Source of the DNA: Carcharhinus longimanus
Taxonomy: Eukaryota
DNA length: 63,040 nucleotides
Assembly: GCA_030264375.1 (NCBI GenBank)
Contig: JASCQW010000190.1
Span: forward strand, 22,143,512 to 22,206,551
Direction: 5' to 3'
Below are positions 12,951 through 26,669 of the stretch, one piece after another. Every line of letters starts with the position of its first letter. Within the stretch, counting starts at the first letter, position 1. Below the pieces are notes generated by a model. The model saw only the letters and a program-made list of their open reading frames with translations, was not told the DNA's origin and made no database searches. The translations under genes were made by a program, and so were the position numbers.

Positions 12951-13289
12951 ATTACTTAGATAATGAAACAAATTAGTTTCTAAAATTTTACATAATTTTT
13001 AAAGATTTGTCCTAATGAACCAGTTGCTGACATGTTGCTGACAAAATAACAGTGACAGCGACTCTAAAATAATTGTCTGTAGGTGAAGTGCTTTGAAACA
13101 TTTGGACATAGTAACATGCATTATAAAAGTGTTTTTCTTGTATCAGAATTTATCAAACAGATTTGTCAGTTTAAAAGATTTTGTCTTCACATCACAATAT
13201 AATCATCATATTTATTAATCTGGAAATACGCATTAAATAAGTAATTGAGCATTTGCTATTAGTCTTAGCCATAATGTACTTGCTAAAGA

Positions 13290-13672
13290 AAGAACTTGCA
13301 TTTATAATGCATCTCACATGTCTTCAGGGCTTTCCAAAGCATTTCACAGCCTTTGGATTCTTCTTGTACTGGCAAACATAGCAACCAAATTGCACAAAAC
13401 ATCTCACAAGAAGTAAATAAATGGATGACCAGACAACATTTTCAAAGCTGGTTCAGCAAACAACATTGGCCAGACACTACACATAGTTATTCTTCAAACA
13501 ATGTTTTCTGATCTCTTATACCCACCTGAACAGACAAACAGGACCTGGGAATGTTGATGCAAGTAAAAAATAAACCCTTTGCAAATGCTGCAATGTTATT
13601 ATGTGCTCAAGGCTGTAGTTGACTTGAAACCATAATCTTGAGACTCAGCTGGGCAGAAAGCAGCAGCTACCA
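13290..13672 (-). mobile_element. DeuSINE (SacSINE1-like), decayed
   Basis: AACTTGCATTTATA..CCAAAGCATTTCACAGCC..CATTGGCCAG..CCACCTGAA..TGTGCTCAAG; colinear with 57361-57784. Confidence 0.7.
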
Positions 13673-13704
13673 ACACAATAATGGTACTTTTGCAGTATTA
13701 CTCA

Positions 13705-13821
<117 letters not shown>

Positions 13822-15277
13822 TTATAATATATGTCAATTAGGAAATAAAATTCAAGACCCTTTTCTGTTAGCTTACATTTACAAAAAATAAAAATTGAAG
13901 AGAATGGCAATATTATTCCCATTTCTGATTGAATCTAAATTGAAGAATTTAATTTTCCCCAAAAATGTGACAGTGCATAGTTTGATACACAGACACACAC
14001 ATACAAAGACAATGATTGTTAATTATGTTATATAAAGAACTACATATGGGGAGCTCTGACGTTCAATTTTAGTGAGCTGAATATTAGGAGCTAATAATAA
14101 ACAGCCCGGAATATTTAAGCGACAGTCCCAATTGAATTCAGTTAATTCAGCTCCTGCATGTGATCAATAACCGATTAATTAACCATTTAAAAAATGCTTC
14201 AAGTCATTATAATGATGAGCTACATCCTGCAAAGAAGTCAGCCTAAATTTTGCTGCTAATCAACATACATTCTAATCTAAGCAAAGCACATGGCAGAAGA
14301 CAATAGGCAAAAGAAATAAAGAGAACAATAACGCCAAAGTCAGCTGTGAGAGTATTGTGTCATTCTTTACCTTGTTCAATATCCTTATTCTGTCAAACAC
14401 ATTGTTTAGATAAGAAAACGAGAGTAATTCTAAAGTCAGGAGATGGCAGAGTAAAAATTAAAAGCAGTGTGGAGGAGAGACAGAAGCAACTGGAGAATCA
14501 AAGAAAAATGTTTTATAGATACAGACTAGCAAGAGCAAAGACAAGGTAAACTTGACTCATAAAAGACAACTGTAAGCAGTAAGTTGAGAGGAAAAATAAT
14601 ATTTGCATCAATGTGACTAATGGCATGAGAGAGTTTAAAAACAATGCTGTGCGCAATGAAATATATAAACCCTGGGTTGTCAGCTAAAAATTAAGTCTTG
14701 CATAACAGTTAGTGACCTTAGAAATAGGCAGCCTATAGCTGCTGCCTACAAGTGGATTGATATTTCTGACATAAGTGATAGGCAACTTAGCAAAGTTCAA
14801 GATATGGAGAAACAGAATGCAAGGATTTCCTCTCAGGAAACAATTAGAGGAAAGTACTCAGGGTATGTGGTCTTGCTTGATAGCAAAAATGCAATAACAA
14901 TAGCACTGCATGGAATTGTCATATGATTAAACATCATGATAAGATCTTTCAGGAATATGCCCAATTCTAACTTGCTGTAGGAGTGCTCAACATGATATTT
15001 TCAAGAGAAATTCCTCAACAACTGTCACTTGGTGACTCCTGATATAAGTTGGTAGACCAAAACGTTCATAGTAATCAAGTCTCATCAGGGTGTCATTTAT
15101 CAGGAGCTGGGACAAGAGGAGTGGGAGCAGGCTGGTTAGACTCTTCTATACATCTCTGCATTTTCAAACATACAATTTTAAAAATGGTGATATAATGTTA
15201 TTTTCAATCCCAGCTGTAAATTTGTCTGCAGGGAAATTCTTTATCTTTATCATTTAAATCTTCAAAATGTTTGTTAC

Positions 15278-15349
15278 CTGTTGAAAGGAATCCTCAAATA
15301 ACGTCTGTCTGGAGACGCTGATCTTAACATGACTTGGTAATGCATTGGA
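15278..15349 (-). CDS. WWP2: WWP2 exon, HECT N-terminal region (72 nt; about exon 15)
   Basis: TTTTTCAG|[24 protein letters not shown]|GTAAC. Confidence 0.96.
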
Positions 15350-15939
15350 CTGAAAAAACAACATTGACCAAAAATGAGAACACTATCATCCAAAAAAAAT
15401 ACAAATTTCTAGCTATATATACTGAACTCCTAGAGCAAAATTAAATCTTCAGGCTGAAAAGGCAAGGTCTTTCAAGATTCATTCTTCCCCATATTTCTGC
15501 AGTGTACTGAAAAGCATTATTAAGGGAGATTTAAAATAATTTCTTCATATGAAGAACTCTGCCTTAAAACAATGAAACAAAGCAAAATACAAGCTGTGTT
15601 GGAATTCCAGTTCTAACTGAGAAATTTTTGCTTTAATCTATTATAGATTTTCCATCCCAGTTACAAAGAGCAAGAAAATCATTTTTAAATGTATTAGAAA
15701 AGAAAGCCTTTTTCTGATATTTTGTTTATACCTCAAATGTCATGTACACCTAACAGGTGTGTTATATAAGAGCCACTAATATGATTATAGTTTCCGTTCC
15801 AAAGGCTGCTTCTCAAATCCATTTTAACAAAGTTGGAAACTAGTTCTTGGTCAGCTTATTCCAACAAATCTGCTTTGAATTATCCAAGTAAACATGATTT
15901 TCAAACAAAAATAATAACCATAAGTCAAAGACTCAGTTA

Positions 15940-16160
15940 AATAAAAGCAAAATGCTGTGGATGCTTGAGATCCAAAATAAAAACAGAAAGTGCTGGAAAA
16001 ACTCTCAGCATCTGCAAAGAGAGAAACAGAGTTAACATCGAGTCCAGTATGACTCTTCTTCAGAGTTGAACAGAGGCGTTGAACTTGAAATATGAACTCT
16101 GTTTCTTTCTCTCCACAGATGCTGTCAGACCTGCGTTTTACCAGCACCTTTTGCTTTTTA
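15940..16160. mobile_element. Palindromic Penelope-derived element (second family), decayed hammerhead core
   Basis: Arms CAGCATCTG..GAGAGAAACAGAGTT / AACTCTGTTTCTTTCTCTCCACAGATGCTG; minus strand CTGAAGA-AGAGTC..GACTC. Confidence 0.65.
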
Positions 16161-16482
16161 TAGACAGGTTCAGTTTCTGTTTTTTCCTAATAACCAGAAC
16201 AAAATTGTCAATGAAACAAATCACTTTGGATGATACTAAAATACCATGTGAAGTTCTAAGTATTTTTATAAAAACAAAGTCATACTATGAGCTGAATAAT
16301 CTTCTCGGCATTGTATTTGCTGCTTCTAGAAAAACTGCAAGTTAAAATTGTACCACTATAATCATTAATTTTTATTGAGTTTATTTGCAGCAATTAAATT
16401 TGTACGAGCAATTTGTGAATTACATTTTGTCACAAAAAAAACTAAAATTATAATTCTTATCTTTCAGTAGCATTATACTTAC

Positions 16483-16558
16483 ATGGCACAGGAATCGGAA
16501 CTGATGATACTTCCATCGAAAGCTTCGATCATATGCTGCTGGAGAGCCGCTTTTAACA
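16483..16558 (-). CDS. WWP2: WWP2 exon, WW4-HECT linker (76 nt; about exon 14)
   Basis: CTGCAG|T GTT..., VKSGSPAAYDRSFRWKYHQFRFLCH|GTAAG. Confidence 0.94.
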
Positions 16559-18027
16559 CTGCAGTTGTTAAAAAGTTGAAGTTTTGTAATAAAATTAATC
16601 TGCTTTTACCACAACAAGCAAGTTCAATCTGGTTAGCAAAGCAACTGTTCACAGAAAAGAAAGCACCCAATTTCGAACTGTAATTTAAGTGATGCTTAAA
16701 AGGCATTAATCTATGTAAATGTTTGTTAATTTAGTTAAAATCATGAAAAAATGAAATGTTAATAAAAGCAATGGATGCACTTAGTGGAAAAAGCAGGACA
16801 TATGTTTACCAAATATGTTTTTTTATGTTACATTAGATAATGCCTTTGAGTGCTACAAACTGTCAACTAGTGGAATACACTACCTCAAACTCATAGTGTT
16901 ATAAATTTTGCTAATAAGTTTGCACTGGTTAGTGAGAGTTATTCTTGCTTCTGCTACACCATCTTGTCACATACAAATTGTCAACACATTATTGTGGAGA
17001 GTCCACTCTCTCCATATGAGCTCCTTATACTTATTAGCTTTTGGTTTCAGTGCCAGATGCTCATCCATATGAACCATAAATCAGGTTAGTTCTTAGGTTG
17101 ACCAGATAATTCTTTGCAACCACATGTCACGAAAAAAAGGAAATAAAATGAAATCTAATCTTCTTCTGCTACCTATTTCTGTGCAACACAGCCACCAGAA
17201 GATTTGCAAGAGTTTACTTGGCATACCAACTGAAGAAACTGACATTAGCTAAGAGACTATTTAATCAAGAAGAAATGAGAAAGGACAGCCACAGGAATTG
17301 CAATGTTAATTCTGAATTGTGATATGTAATATCATTGTTTAGATGTTTTTNNNNNNNNNNNNNNNNNNNNNNNNNNNNNNNNNNNNNNNNNNNNNNNNNN
17401 NNNNNNNNNNNNNNNNNNNNNNNNNNNNNNNNNNNNNNNNNACCAAGTGAACAATTTTCAGGAATCATTTTCACTACGACATCTCAACTGTGAAAAGCTG
17501 GTAGATAAATTGAAAAGTTGCATCTTTGGGGTTTAGTAAGATTCAGTGTATTTACGCTCTGAAGCATGATGCCGGTACATATGTCCATGTTTTCATTTTA
17601 TTTATAATAAAGATGAATCGTAAGATACCTTGCTGACAATATAAACATTGGTAAAGGTTCCAGTTCTGGAGTTAGGATACCTGCATTTAAGGAGCTCAAT
17701 TCCTAAAGCTGAATTTTCCATTCACATGATTGTAAAATTGAGATAACCCTGTACCTACACATTAGATTAGAATCTTCTGCTTCTCTCTAAACCACTGATT
17801 AAAATCTAACATTTCAAGTATGCCTCAATCCAGTGTCACTAATCACACTTAATATGAAATTACTAATTGCCATTGGTAATAACAGCACAGCACAGAAAAT
17901 GATTATATGCAAATCATAAAAATTAACCACTGCAATGTATGTGCAAATATTCTGGAAAGTTAATCTCCCCATATCTTTGCTACAGTGCAAAAAAAATTGC
18001 ATTAATCCTAAACAAAAAATATATTTA

Positions 18028-18189
<162 letters not shown>

Positions 18190-21175
18190 TTATAGGAATA
18201 TCTTTGCACAATAGCTGGACCAAATTAGACATATTACAAATCAAGTTGTTTCAAGTTGCACTACTGTGCACTGTACAGACTAAGATGTGCAATAAAGTAC
18301 TAAAGCTCCTCACTTCCTGAATGACTCAACAATGCTTTCTTTACCCCCAGGAGAAGGAACAATTTTCCACTTGCTTTCATTGCAATAGGAGTAATGATTC
18401 CCAATGTAAATTGAGAACTAGTCCATCCAGGGCTGTCAAGGTACCCTTACAAGGATTGCAGTCACATTTCTATATAAAGTTTAGAAACTATACAAGTTTG
18501 CAGCTTATTCCAATAATAACAAATTCATAAACGCTTGACAGCTGTAAACACTCCTATAATTCTAATGTGAAATACTTAATCAAAATTTGTGGCAATGCAA
18601 TTTAAGTACATGAAGTGATATGCATTTTTCAAAAGATAGAAGGCAAAAGGCTTTGTTTTGCTGCATCTGGCTTAGGCACATTAAAAGGGACTTGCTTTAA
18701 ATTTTTGGCAGTCTTATTATTGCATAATATTAGATGCACCTTTGTAAGATTATCACCACACTTCGGTTTGATTTTCACCAGTTTCCAAAAATGTAATACA
18801 ATGCATTTTAATTTTGATGAACTCAATACTATTTGTCAATATAGCCATCATCAGGGGCCAAACAAGAATATAGTACTTTTACGGATCAAGCCACGGCATC
18901 ATTGATTTATTATTTCTCACCGTATTGATAGATATCTTTCAAACTAAAATTTATAGATTCAATGTTGAGCATTAGCTCAGCAGCTATTGTTCAACATTGA
19001 TCTTTTGAAATTGCTGAAATTTCCTTACAGGAGAGGAGGCTGAAGAAAAGCAGAACAAAGGCAGACATGAGTAACAGTTAATATTAAAAATACATTAAAT
19101 CAGAAGGCGATAAACAGAAATAGTGACAGAAACAGGGAAACCAAAGGGCAGAAGAGAGAGAAGCAATGAGATATGTATTTCCTACAGTGATGTGAAGAAA
19201 GTTGAACTAGCTTGATGACTTCAGAATATGGTTTTCTCATTAGTTTACATAGCACAAAGGAATCTGTTGTGGACAGTTTAGATGTGCTTACAAAGATAGT
19301 TTTAATATTTAATGTGATGTATGATTAATGGTAAACTATATAATAATCACATTAAAGTACATGAGGCCTTTACATTTAATATCTTCAGATGAAATGGCTT
19401 GTCTTCGTGACAATTTATCCTTATAGTAAAATAGCTACGTGAAACTGAGCCTATTCAATTATTTGAACTTTATACTATGCATAGTTAATCATGACAAATG
19501 ATGTGAGCTCAAAAACATGGCCAAATTATGAATGAGTATCAAGAGATGCAGACTCATGATTTCAAAAATTGGATTTTTAAAATGTATGAGTGGCCAAAGA
19601 GGAACGTACCCCAACTTCTTTTGGAAACCATACCAAATTAACTTTGACAACAAAATGATTAAAATTGCAGCTTGTTGACTACATTTATTGCAGTTAAAAA
19701 TATTGGTTTGTAATATCCATCTTTCTTAAAGCTAAACTTATTTTAATTAAAAGAAAAGCAACTCCAGCAGCAGCATGTTCCTGGATATGATTCCATATGT
19801 GCTATGCCCGTGATACCTTGTTCAAAAGCGTCAGTGAATGCCAGCAAATTAATCAACTGCAGAGGGAGTCGAGGCCAATTCTGTGCTCACACATTCACAC
19901 TTCCTGCAAGAATCACTGGGCAGTGACAAAATTGTAAATTTTTCCCATTGAGCACTTAGTCTCCTATGACCATCCCAACCAAAACCAGCCAATACAGCAC
20001 AGACTGGAGATCAGAACTGCGATTTTCTTGGTACATATCGCTCGACTGTTCAACAGATAAACTCAGCCATTGAGCAGCCTTCAGCTTGTTCAATTTGTCA
20101 TCAAAAGGGTTTTGGAATTCACATTGAGATCCAGCCCATGAAAATAAATAAGGTGGAAGTGAATCATTTCTGACTACATTTAACTAATTGGAGAAAGCCA
20201 ATTAGTCTTGGGGGTAAATTTGCAATTAGCAAGTAGTACATTTAAAGTGGGGAGATGTAAAGGCGGAATAGAGACATTTTAAAAGATATTAATTAGAACA
20301 TTTTGTGGCAACAAAGCCACCTCTTTCTCTCATATTGAATAGGACACCACATGAAATGCTTCGATAATTTCAACCTTGTTACCAGTGGGTATGGATTAAA
20401 GCAGGAAAAACTGTCCAAGTTCTAAATTGGTCTGATGATTCAGAACACAAGTTAGCAGATGTGGAAATACAAGTGCCATGATGGTGCAATACAGGTTTCT
20501 TCCTGAGTTGTGAGAAGGCAATGGGGACACACTGCACATAATCATGCTAAACTTGGGAGTGCTGGATGTGCTTGACTGAGAAATCTAAAAAAGAACAGTA
20601 CTCTATTCTCTATCACAAACATTCCTTGCCTCGATGACCACAGACATTTGCCCAAAAATTTAAATGTACTTCTGAAATAACTAAAGGCATACTGCAATTA
20701 CTAATTCTGAGAAAGTGATTTGTAATTCATCACAAGAATCTCAACTACACAATTCAAAATTTACTTTGCCGAATGTAGTGAGAGACTCAGTTTTCATTTC
20801 CAACACCAGTGGTAAAATCCACACAATAATTTTCCTTTTTAACAGGATTATGAAAATTCATGTTATGCTTTGGCACCAAGCGCACTTATGTTTTCTGCTA
20901 GTTATTTCCTTTGAGAACCCCTTTCAAATTGCTGTGGTCAATTTAGCTGTTTGAATGATTAAACCCATGCAGACTGCTTATCCACTTACTGGTCTTTGAG
21001 CCTATATTTGGTATCCTGTCCAAATGAAGATAGGATTCCTGTATGGTGATATAGAAGAAATGACAAGTGGACAACAGGAAGCCATTCATAATATTGGCTA
21101 TCAGAGATATTCATTCACAAGAGATGAAACTAACACAGCAGTCTGCATGCTGTCTAACATGGCATTCCTAACTAA

Positions 21176-21424
21176 GTAAGAAGTCTCACAACACCAGGTT
21201 AAAGTCCAACAAGTTTATTTGATAGTAAACCCAGAAGCATTTGTGGTTTGCCCCTTCATCAGGTGAGTGGAGTGTTCTGGTCTCAAACAGAACATATAAA
21301 GGCACACACAGTTTACAGAATACTGATTAGAAAAGTTGTAAAAAATAAACTTGCTGGACTTTAACCTGGTGTTGTGAGACTTTTTACTGCGTTTACCCCA
21401 GTCCAACGTCGGCATCTCCACATC
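21176..21424. mobile_element. Penelope-derived element with about 45-bp inverted termini
   Basis: GTAAGAAGTCTCACAACACCAGGTTAAAGTCCAACAAGTTTATTT (21176-21220) inverted at 21343-21387; shares termini with the GIY-YIG element at 35365-36408. Confidence 0.8.
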
Positions 21425-23250
21425 ATTCCTGACTAAGGCAGGAACATTTAATGGGTTTACTTTCACCGGCCCCTGAATCATCAGAAATCCAACTGAGTCT
21501 GTCACTCAGGGAATGGGTGTTCCATATAGAAACATCATTTTTTAAAAACATTATTAAATCTTGGAACTATGCCAACATAAGTATGTATTATTGTAAGCTA
21601 AACTCCAGGAAATTCTAAGTGCAGTTAAGATCCTATCACAAAGAAAACACTAAGTTGACCCAAGAAAGACACAATTAACAATGATGTGACAAAACAGTAA
21701 AAATACTGAGACAGGGTTATTTCATAGCACAGATGTTAAGGTGAAGTGAACAGTTAGACAATATCCCTACATGACAAAAGTTGGGGTCCACTTTCATAAC
21801 TATTGTAGATGGTTTTTAGAATTAAAAAATATTATATAATTTAACATAACATTAAAAATGAATTTAATCCACACTTTTTGAATGCATAGTAATATTTCTT
21901 TAAACACCAGACATAGGAGTTGTACAATTCCAGTTAATCCGCTGCTTATGATAAAAAATAATAAATTTCAAATGATTTGTAAAATTGCTTCCATCTTTTG
22001 TAGGGTGCATAATTCCAGTCCTACAATCACTAAAGAAATCCAGCGTTACATATAGCAACAGTTTGCAATTGGCTTCATGCTAAAATTCATGAAAGAGCAA
22101 GCAAATGCAAAGCTGAAAGATCTTGCAGTTCAATTAGGAACTTATCAGTGATAGTTTCCTCAGTTTTCACCCTTCTTTAAAAAACACATTGGCTAGATTA
22201 CACAGAGCACTGCAGTCCTAAACCACTACCATTCTGTCCTCCACTCTCCTCAACACTGGGCTAAAATGCTGAGTAGCTCCCATCATCCCGATGGATACAC
22301 TGCAGCAATGTAATTTTGCCACTTTAAGGGAGGGGCTGAAGCCTCACCTTAGGAGGAAATCACGACTTAAGAGAGCTGTCTGCTGATCAAATGATGGCCG
22401 TCCTGTAGTCCCCAGAGCCCAAATTTGGAGCGGTGGCCACTGCTGAGAGTACAGGCAGTCCCACTATGCCATTATGCCCAGATAGATGGAGCAGGTAGGG
22501 TGTGGCTGGGTTTGTGGGGTGCCACCAAAGATACCTGGGCGCCCCATAGAGAGCATCCTCCAACTCCACCTGGACAGCAGCCTACATAGCCAAAACTGCT
22601 GGGGTTCCAGCATGGTGGGGCTTCCCACCAGGGGTAAAATACTGGTGGCAATAGAATGGGCCCTAGGGCAAGCAAACCTCTGAGCTTCCCCTATCCAGAA
22701 AAAATTCAGATATGTCGGGATTTTATGTGCCCTCCACTTTCAAGCTGCTGGCGGGACACACAAAGTCCAATCCATTAGGTATTCTTATTGTACAGTAATT
22801 TTTCTCTGACATGCAAAAAGGGGCAGAATCACTGGTTACATTGGTGATCCTACTCTAAACAAGAGTTCAGAAGAACAGGATTTCTTCCCCCACATTCTCT
22901 ATTACAAAGCACATACTAGGGAATAAAAATCCTGGGAAGTTCAAACGCCATTCTTGATTTAGTTGAGCAAAAATGTTGATTGGGTATTTGTAAATGAGTG
23001 GTAATGACTATAAAATACTTCTGCTATGCTGTCATAACTGCTGTTTCTGTTCCTACTGATCTCTGACAGGCAAATTGAGATAACCATGTTTGTTTTGTTG
23101 GTAATTACAGCTAATTGGCCACCATTTGGCTGGCTGTCAAATATAAGTCTTAAACTGCCACACAATTACTGAACCAGGACAGTGAGCCCTTTTGTATAAT
23201 CACTGGTTCAACTTTTTCCAGATATTGTTATTAGAATAACTAAAACTTCA

Positions 23251-23565
23251 AATCATAGAATCCCAACAGTGCAGAAGGAGGCCATTTGGTCCAGTGAGTC
23301 ACTGACAACAATCCCACCCAGGCCCTATCCCTGTAAACCTAATTATTTACCCTATTAATCCCCCTCACACTGGGGCAATTTAGCATGGTCAATTAACCTA
23401 ACCCACACATCTTTGGACTGTGGGAGGAAACCAGAGCAGCCAGAGGAAACAAACGCAGACACAAGGAGAACGTGCAAACTGCACACATTCACTCAAGACT
23501 AGAACTGAACCCAGGTCCCTGGCACTGTGAGGCAACAGAGCTAACCGCTGTGCCACCATGCTGCC
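23251..23565 (-). mobile_element. HE1-like SINE
   Basis: Full-length antisense copy with tRNA head and ATCATAGAATCCC tail. Confidence 0.88.
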
Positions 23566-23720
23566 AGTTCTGACAGTAGCTTTTTTTTTTACCTTGTATA
23601 ATTTCTCCCTTAGTTTTAAGCTGTATTCTTGTTTCTGCCCTGCTTTCCTTCAGTGAGGGGACTGAGAGGGGGATCATTTGAGCCTTTGGTGGACAGTGAA
23701 CTTCTCCACAGTAAACAAAA

Positions 23721-24030
23721 GTATCGTTTCACATTCATCTGTAGGACTTGAAACTCCCTGCTCCTTTTTTCTTCTAACAGTGACATAATCTCCCAACTAT
23801 TGGTCAGAGATAATACTTGCAAAACACACCAACCAAACATTGTCAAATCTGCTTGTCAAAACCAGCCACTCAAACGTATCGTTTCACATCCATCTGTAGG
23901 ACTTGAAACTCCCTGCTCCTTTTTTCTTCTAACAGTGACGTAATCTCCCAACTATTGGTCAGAGATAATACTTGCAAAACACACCAACCAAACATTGTCA
24001 AATCTGCTTATCAAAACCAGCCACTCAAAC
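23721..24030. repeat. Tandem duplication, 2 x 155 bp
   Basis: 23721-23875 repeated at 23876-24030 with 3 transitions. Confidence 0.95.
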
Positions 24031-24880
24031 ACTAGGCTTCTAAAAAGGAGTTAAATATCATACCGCTGCCAAACAGAAAACAATTTATTTTGCCTCCAAC
24101 TTTTCTCCCACCTCTTGTTGAAGGCAATGGCTCATGCTGAGAGACGGCAGAACTCCACCACCTCATCCCAGCAACCACTCGTGCAAATCTAGATACATAA
24201 TGTTAGCAACCATGGACAGGAGAGTTCAATCCTGTTCTCACCAAATATTAGCACAGGTACACTTTCCAGTCAACTTTCACTTTCCAGTGAATAAGCAGGC
24301 ATCAGAGCAAGAACTTGGGCTGATTCTTTTTCTCTGCCAATAAATTCAAAACTAATCTAAGGAAACACTATTTCCATAAATCCATGGGCCAGGCTCCTTG
24401 GGGAGAAGGTGGAAGCATTTGGTATTGATTCAGTAAAGAGCAAATTATATTAATTTCTTTCAAAAGAACAATATTTTAGGGATACAACGCATGAATAATT
24501 TGAGACATGACTGAGTAAATGTAGTGTTGATTAGGAGTAACAGGTGACTTTACATCTATAATACAACAATTTTTTAAAAATTATTAAATACTGAGGAACT
24601 GAAGAAATGGAGTGTTTATGAAAGTATTGCAGTTACTTCCAAAAAAATTCAATAATTGATTAAACAAACTGTTTTGAAGTTTAATATGAATGAAATACTT
24701 TCAAATTATTGAGGAAACAACCTGCTATTTGCTGATGTATTCATGCACATTTACTTGCAACTCAATTACCAAAGCGCCAAGATACTTGTAGGAGGCAGCT
24801 GTCTTGCTAGCCTTGGAAAAGAAATTAGCAAAGGCAATGGGTCAGGTTTTGCAGTGCTGGTAACAGTAACATCTTCAGCG

Positions 24881-25197
24881 GGGCGGCACAGTAGAACAGA
24901 GGTTAGCACTGTAGTCTCTGGGATCCAGGTTCAATTCCAGCCTCGGGTGACTGTCTGTGTAGAGTTTGCACGTTCTCCCAGTGTCTGCGTAGGTTTTCTC
25001 TGGGTACTCCAGTTTCCTCCCACAGTTCAAAGATGTGCAGGTTAGGTGGATTGGCCATGCTAAATTGACCCTCAGTGTTAGGGAGGTTAGTAAGGTAACT
25101 ATGTGGGGTTACGGTGATAGGGTCTGGGTGGGATTGTTGTCGGCGCAGGCTCAATGGGCAGAATGGCCTCCTTCAGCACTGTTGGGATTCTATGATT
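24881..25197 (+). mobile_element. HE1-like SINE
   Basis: GGGCGGCACAG..GGTTAGCACTG..GGTTCAATTCC head, central domain, GGGATTCTATGATT tail. Confidence 0.88.
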
Positions 25198-25817
25198 TGC
25201 TGCTACTGAGTGTCCCCCCTTGTGCAAATTAAAAAATTACAATAGATTATCTAATGCTACTCCCAAGAGATCATTACTTCAAATGGTAAGTAGGAACCAG
25301 TGTGAATTTGGGTAATTATTCACTAATAACAAATTAATTACTTTTAAAAATCTACACCCGGTAAGGGGCCTGCTCTTAATTTGAGTACTTGATCCAGAAG
25401 CCCCCACCAGAGAGATCTTATAAAAATTCACATGGATTCAATTTTTTTAAAACATAAAACCTTTTAAAAGTTTGATAAAGCTTGCTAAAAAGTCTACAAC
25501 ATGTTAAAATGTTTTCTTAGACTTTCGAAATATGACTTTTTAATATGATTTATCTGATGAAAATTATTGTACTTTTAAAAAAATGTTTCAAGTTTTAATT
25601 ATGAGAAGTAGGGCGAATTTTGTGGGTTGACAGCAGATTTCTGCTATTCGCCGCCATTGCCCTTCCAAGATTGACTTTAGCTTCAGGAAAATGGGCATTT
25701 ATAGTTCACTGTGGAAATCCTGAAGTTGTGACCTGCTCCAACACAGACTGCCGTGGAGACCCCACATCTGCACAGTCTGTAATCAGAGGACATTTCAACA
25801 TTCCCACCCCCACATTA

Positions 25818-25935
25818 TTTGATTTGATTTATTATTGTCACATGTATTTACATTGTGAAAAGTATTGTTTCTTGCGCGCTATACAGACAAAGCATACCAT
25901 TCATAGAGAACGAAACGAGAGAATGCAGAATGTAA
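25818..25935 (-). mobile_element. Rex-Babar-type LINE 3' tail fragment
   Basis: TTTGATTTGATTTATTATTGTCACATGTATT..; reverse complement of the tail at about 52970-53070. Confidence 0.7.
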
Positions 25936-26008
25936 GCATAGAACGAGAATAAAAGATAGAATCCGAAGGGCACCACTTGCAAGAAGTCACCTTGCTCTGG
26001 CACCATCC

Positions 26009-26218
26009 CTCTCACTGGAATACGTGTTCCAGACACACTGACTCTGACTGGGGTACAGTTCCACACACATACTGACTCTCACTAGGGTATGGGTTCCACA
26101 CACACTGACTCTCACTGAGGGTACAGGTTCCACACACACTGACTCTCACTAGGGTACAGGTTCCACACACACTGACTCTCACTCGAGTATCGGTTCCACA
26201 CAAACAGACTCTCACTGG
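26009..26218. repeat. Minisatellite, about 33-bp unit, about 6 copies
   Basis: Tandem CTCTCACT(G/A)GGGTACAGGTTCCACACACACTGA variants with no spacers. Confidence 0.9.
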
Positions 26219-26669
26219 ACCATTCAAAACCTCTGCAAAAAGTTACACTTTGTTCAATCAAGTAGCACAGGATTTTTAATGGCAATGTGATTAATAAAAT
26301 TTCATGAATAAGATAAATTAAAATTAAATTTCATAATCCTAGAGTGCTGTTAAATAATGAATTTGTAGATTTTGAACCAAATATTTTTAAAAGTTCTGAT
26401 TTTTCTTCAGCATACTATAGCTTGTATTCATCCCATATTTACCCCAATCTTGAATTTTGTCAATGTAAACTGTTTTAAAAGTAATCTTATTTTGTGTTTC
26501 CTGATTGGGAGTGGTGAAAACCCTTTTATGCGATTGGCTGTTTGGACTCTACACTGTGAGTGTCCAGTAAAGAATGATGAAGTCAGTTGTAGTACCATTG
26601 CGTGGCAATAATCTGAACAGAAGGCTTAGCTGAGGTATTAAGATGCTACATAAGCCATGGCGAAAGAAG

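Noticed and set aside
15940-16160. Palindromic hairpins (also 9700-9905, 21176-21424, 43896-44101) as novel microRNAs
   Set aside because: They are multi-copy Penelope-derived repeats with no recognisable mature miRNA; small-RNA data would be needed
24881-24950. tRNA genes at SINE heads (also near 38798, 53386, 62298)
   Set aside because: A/B-box-like heads continue into SINE bodies or are truncated; no complete cloverleaf
26009-26218. 33-bp repeats as a CRISPR-like array
   Set aside because: Units are contiguous with no unique spacers, there are no cas genes, and the context is a vertebrate intron
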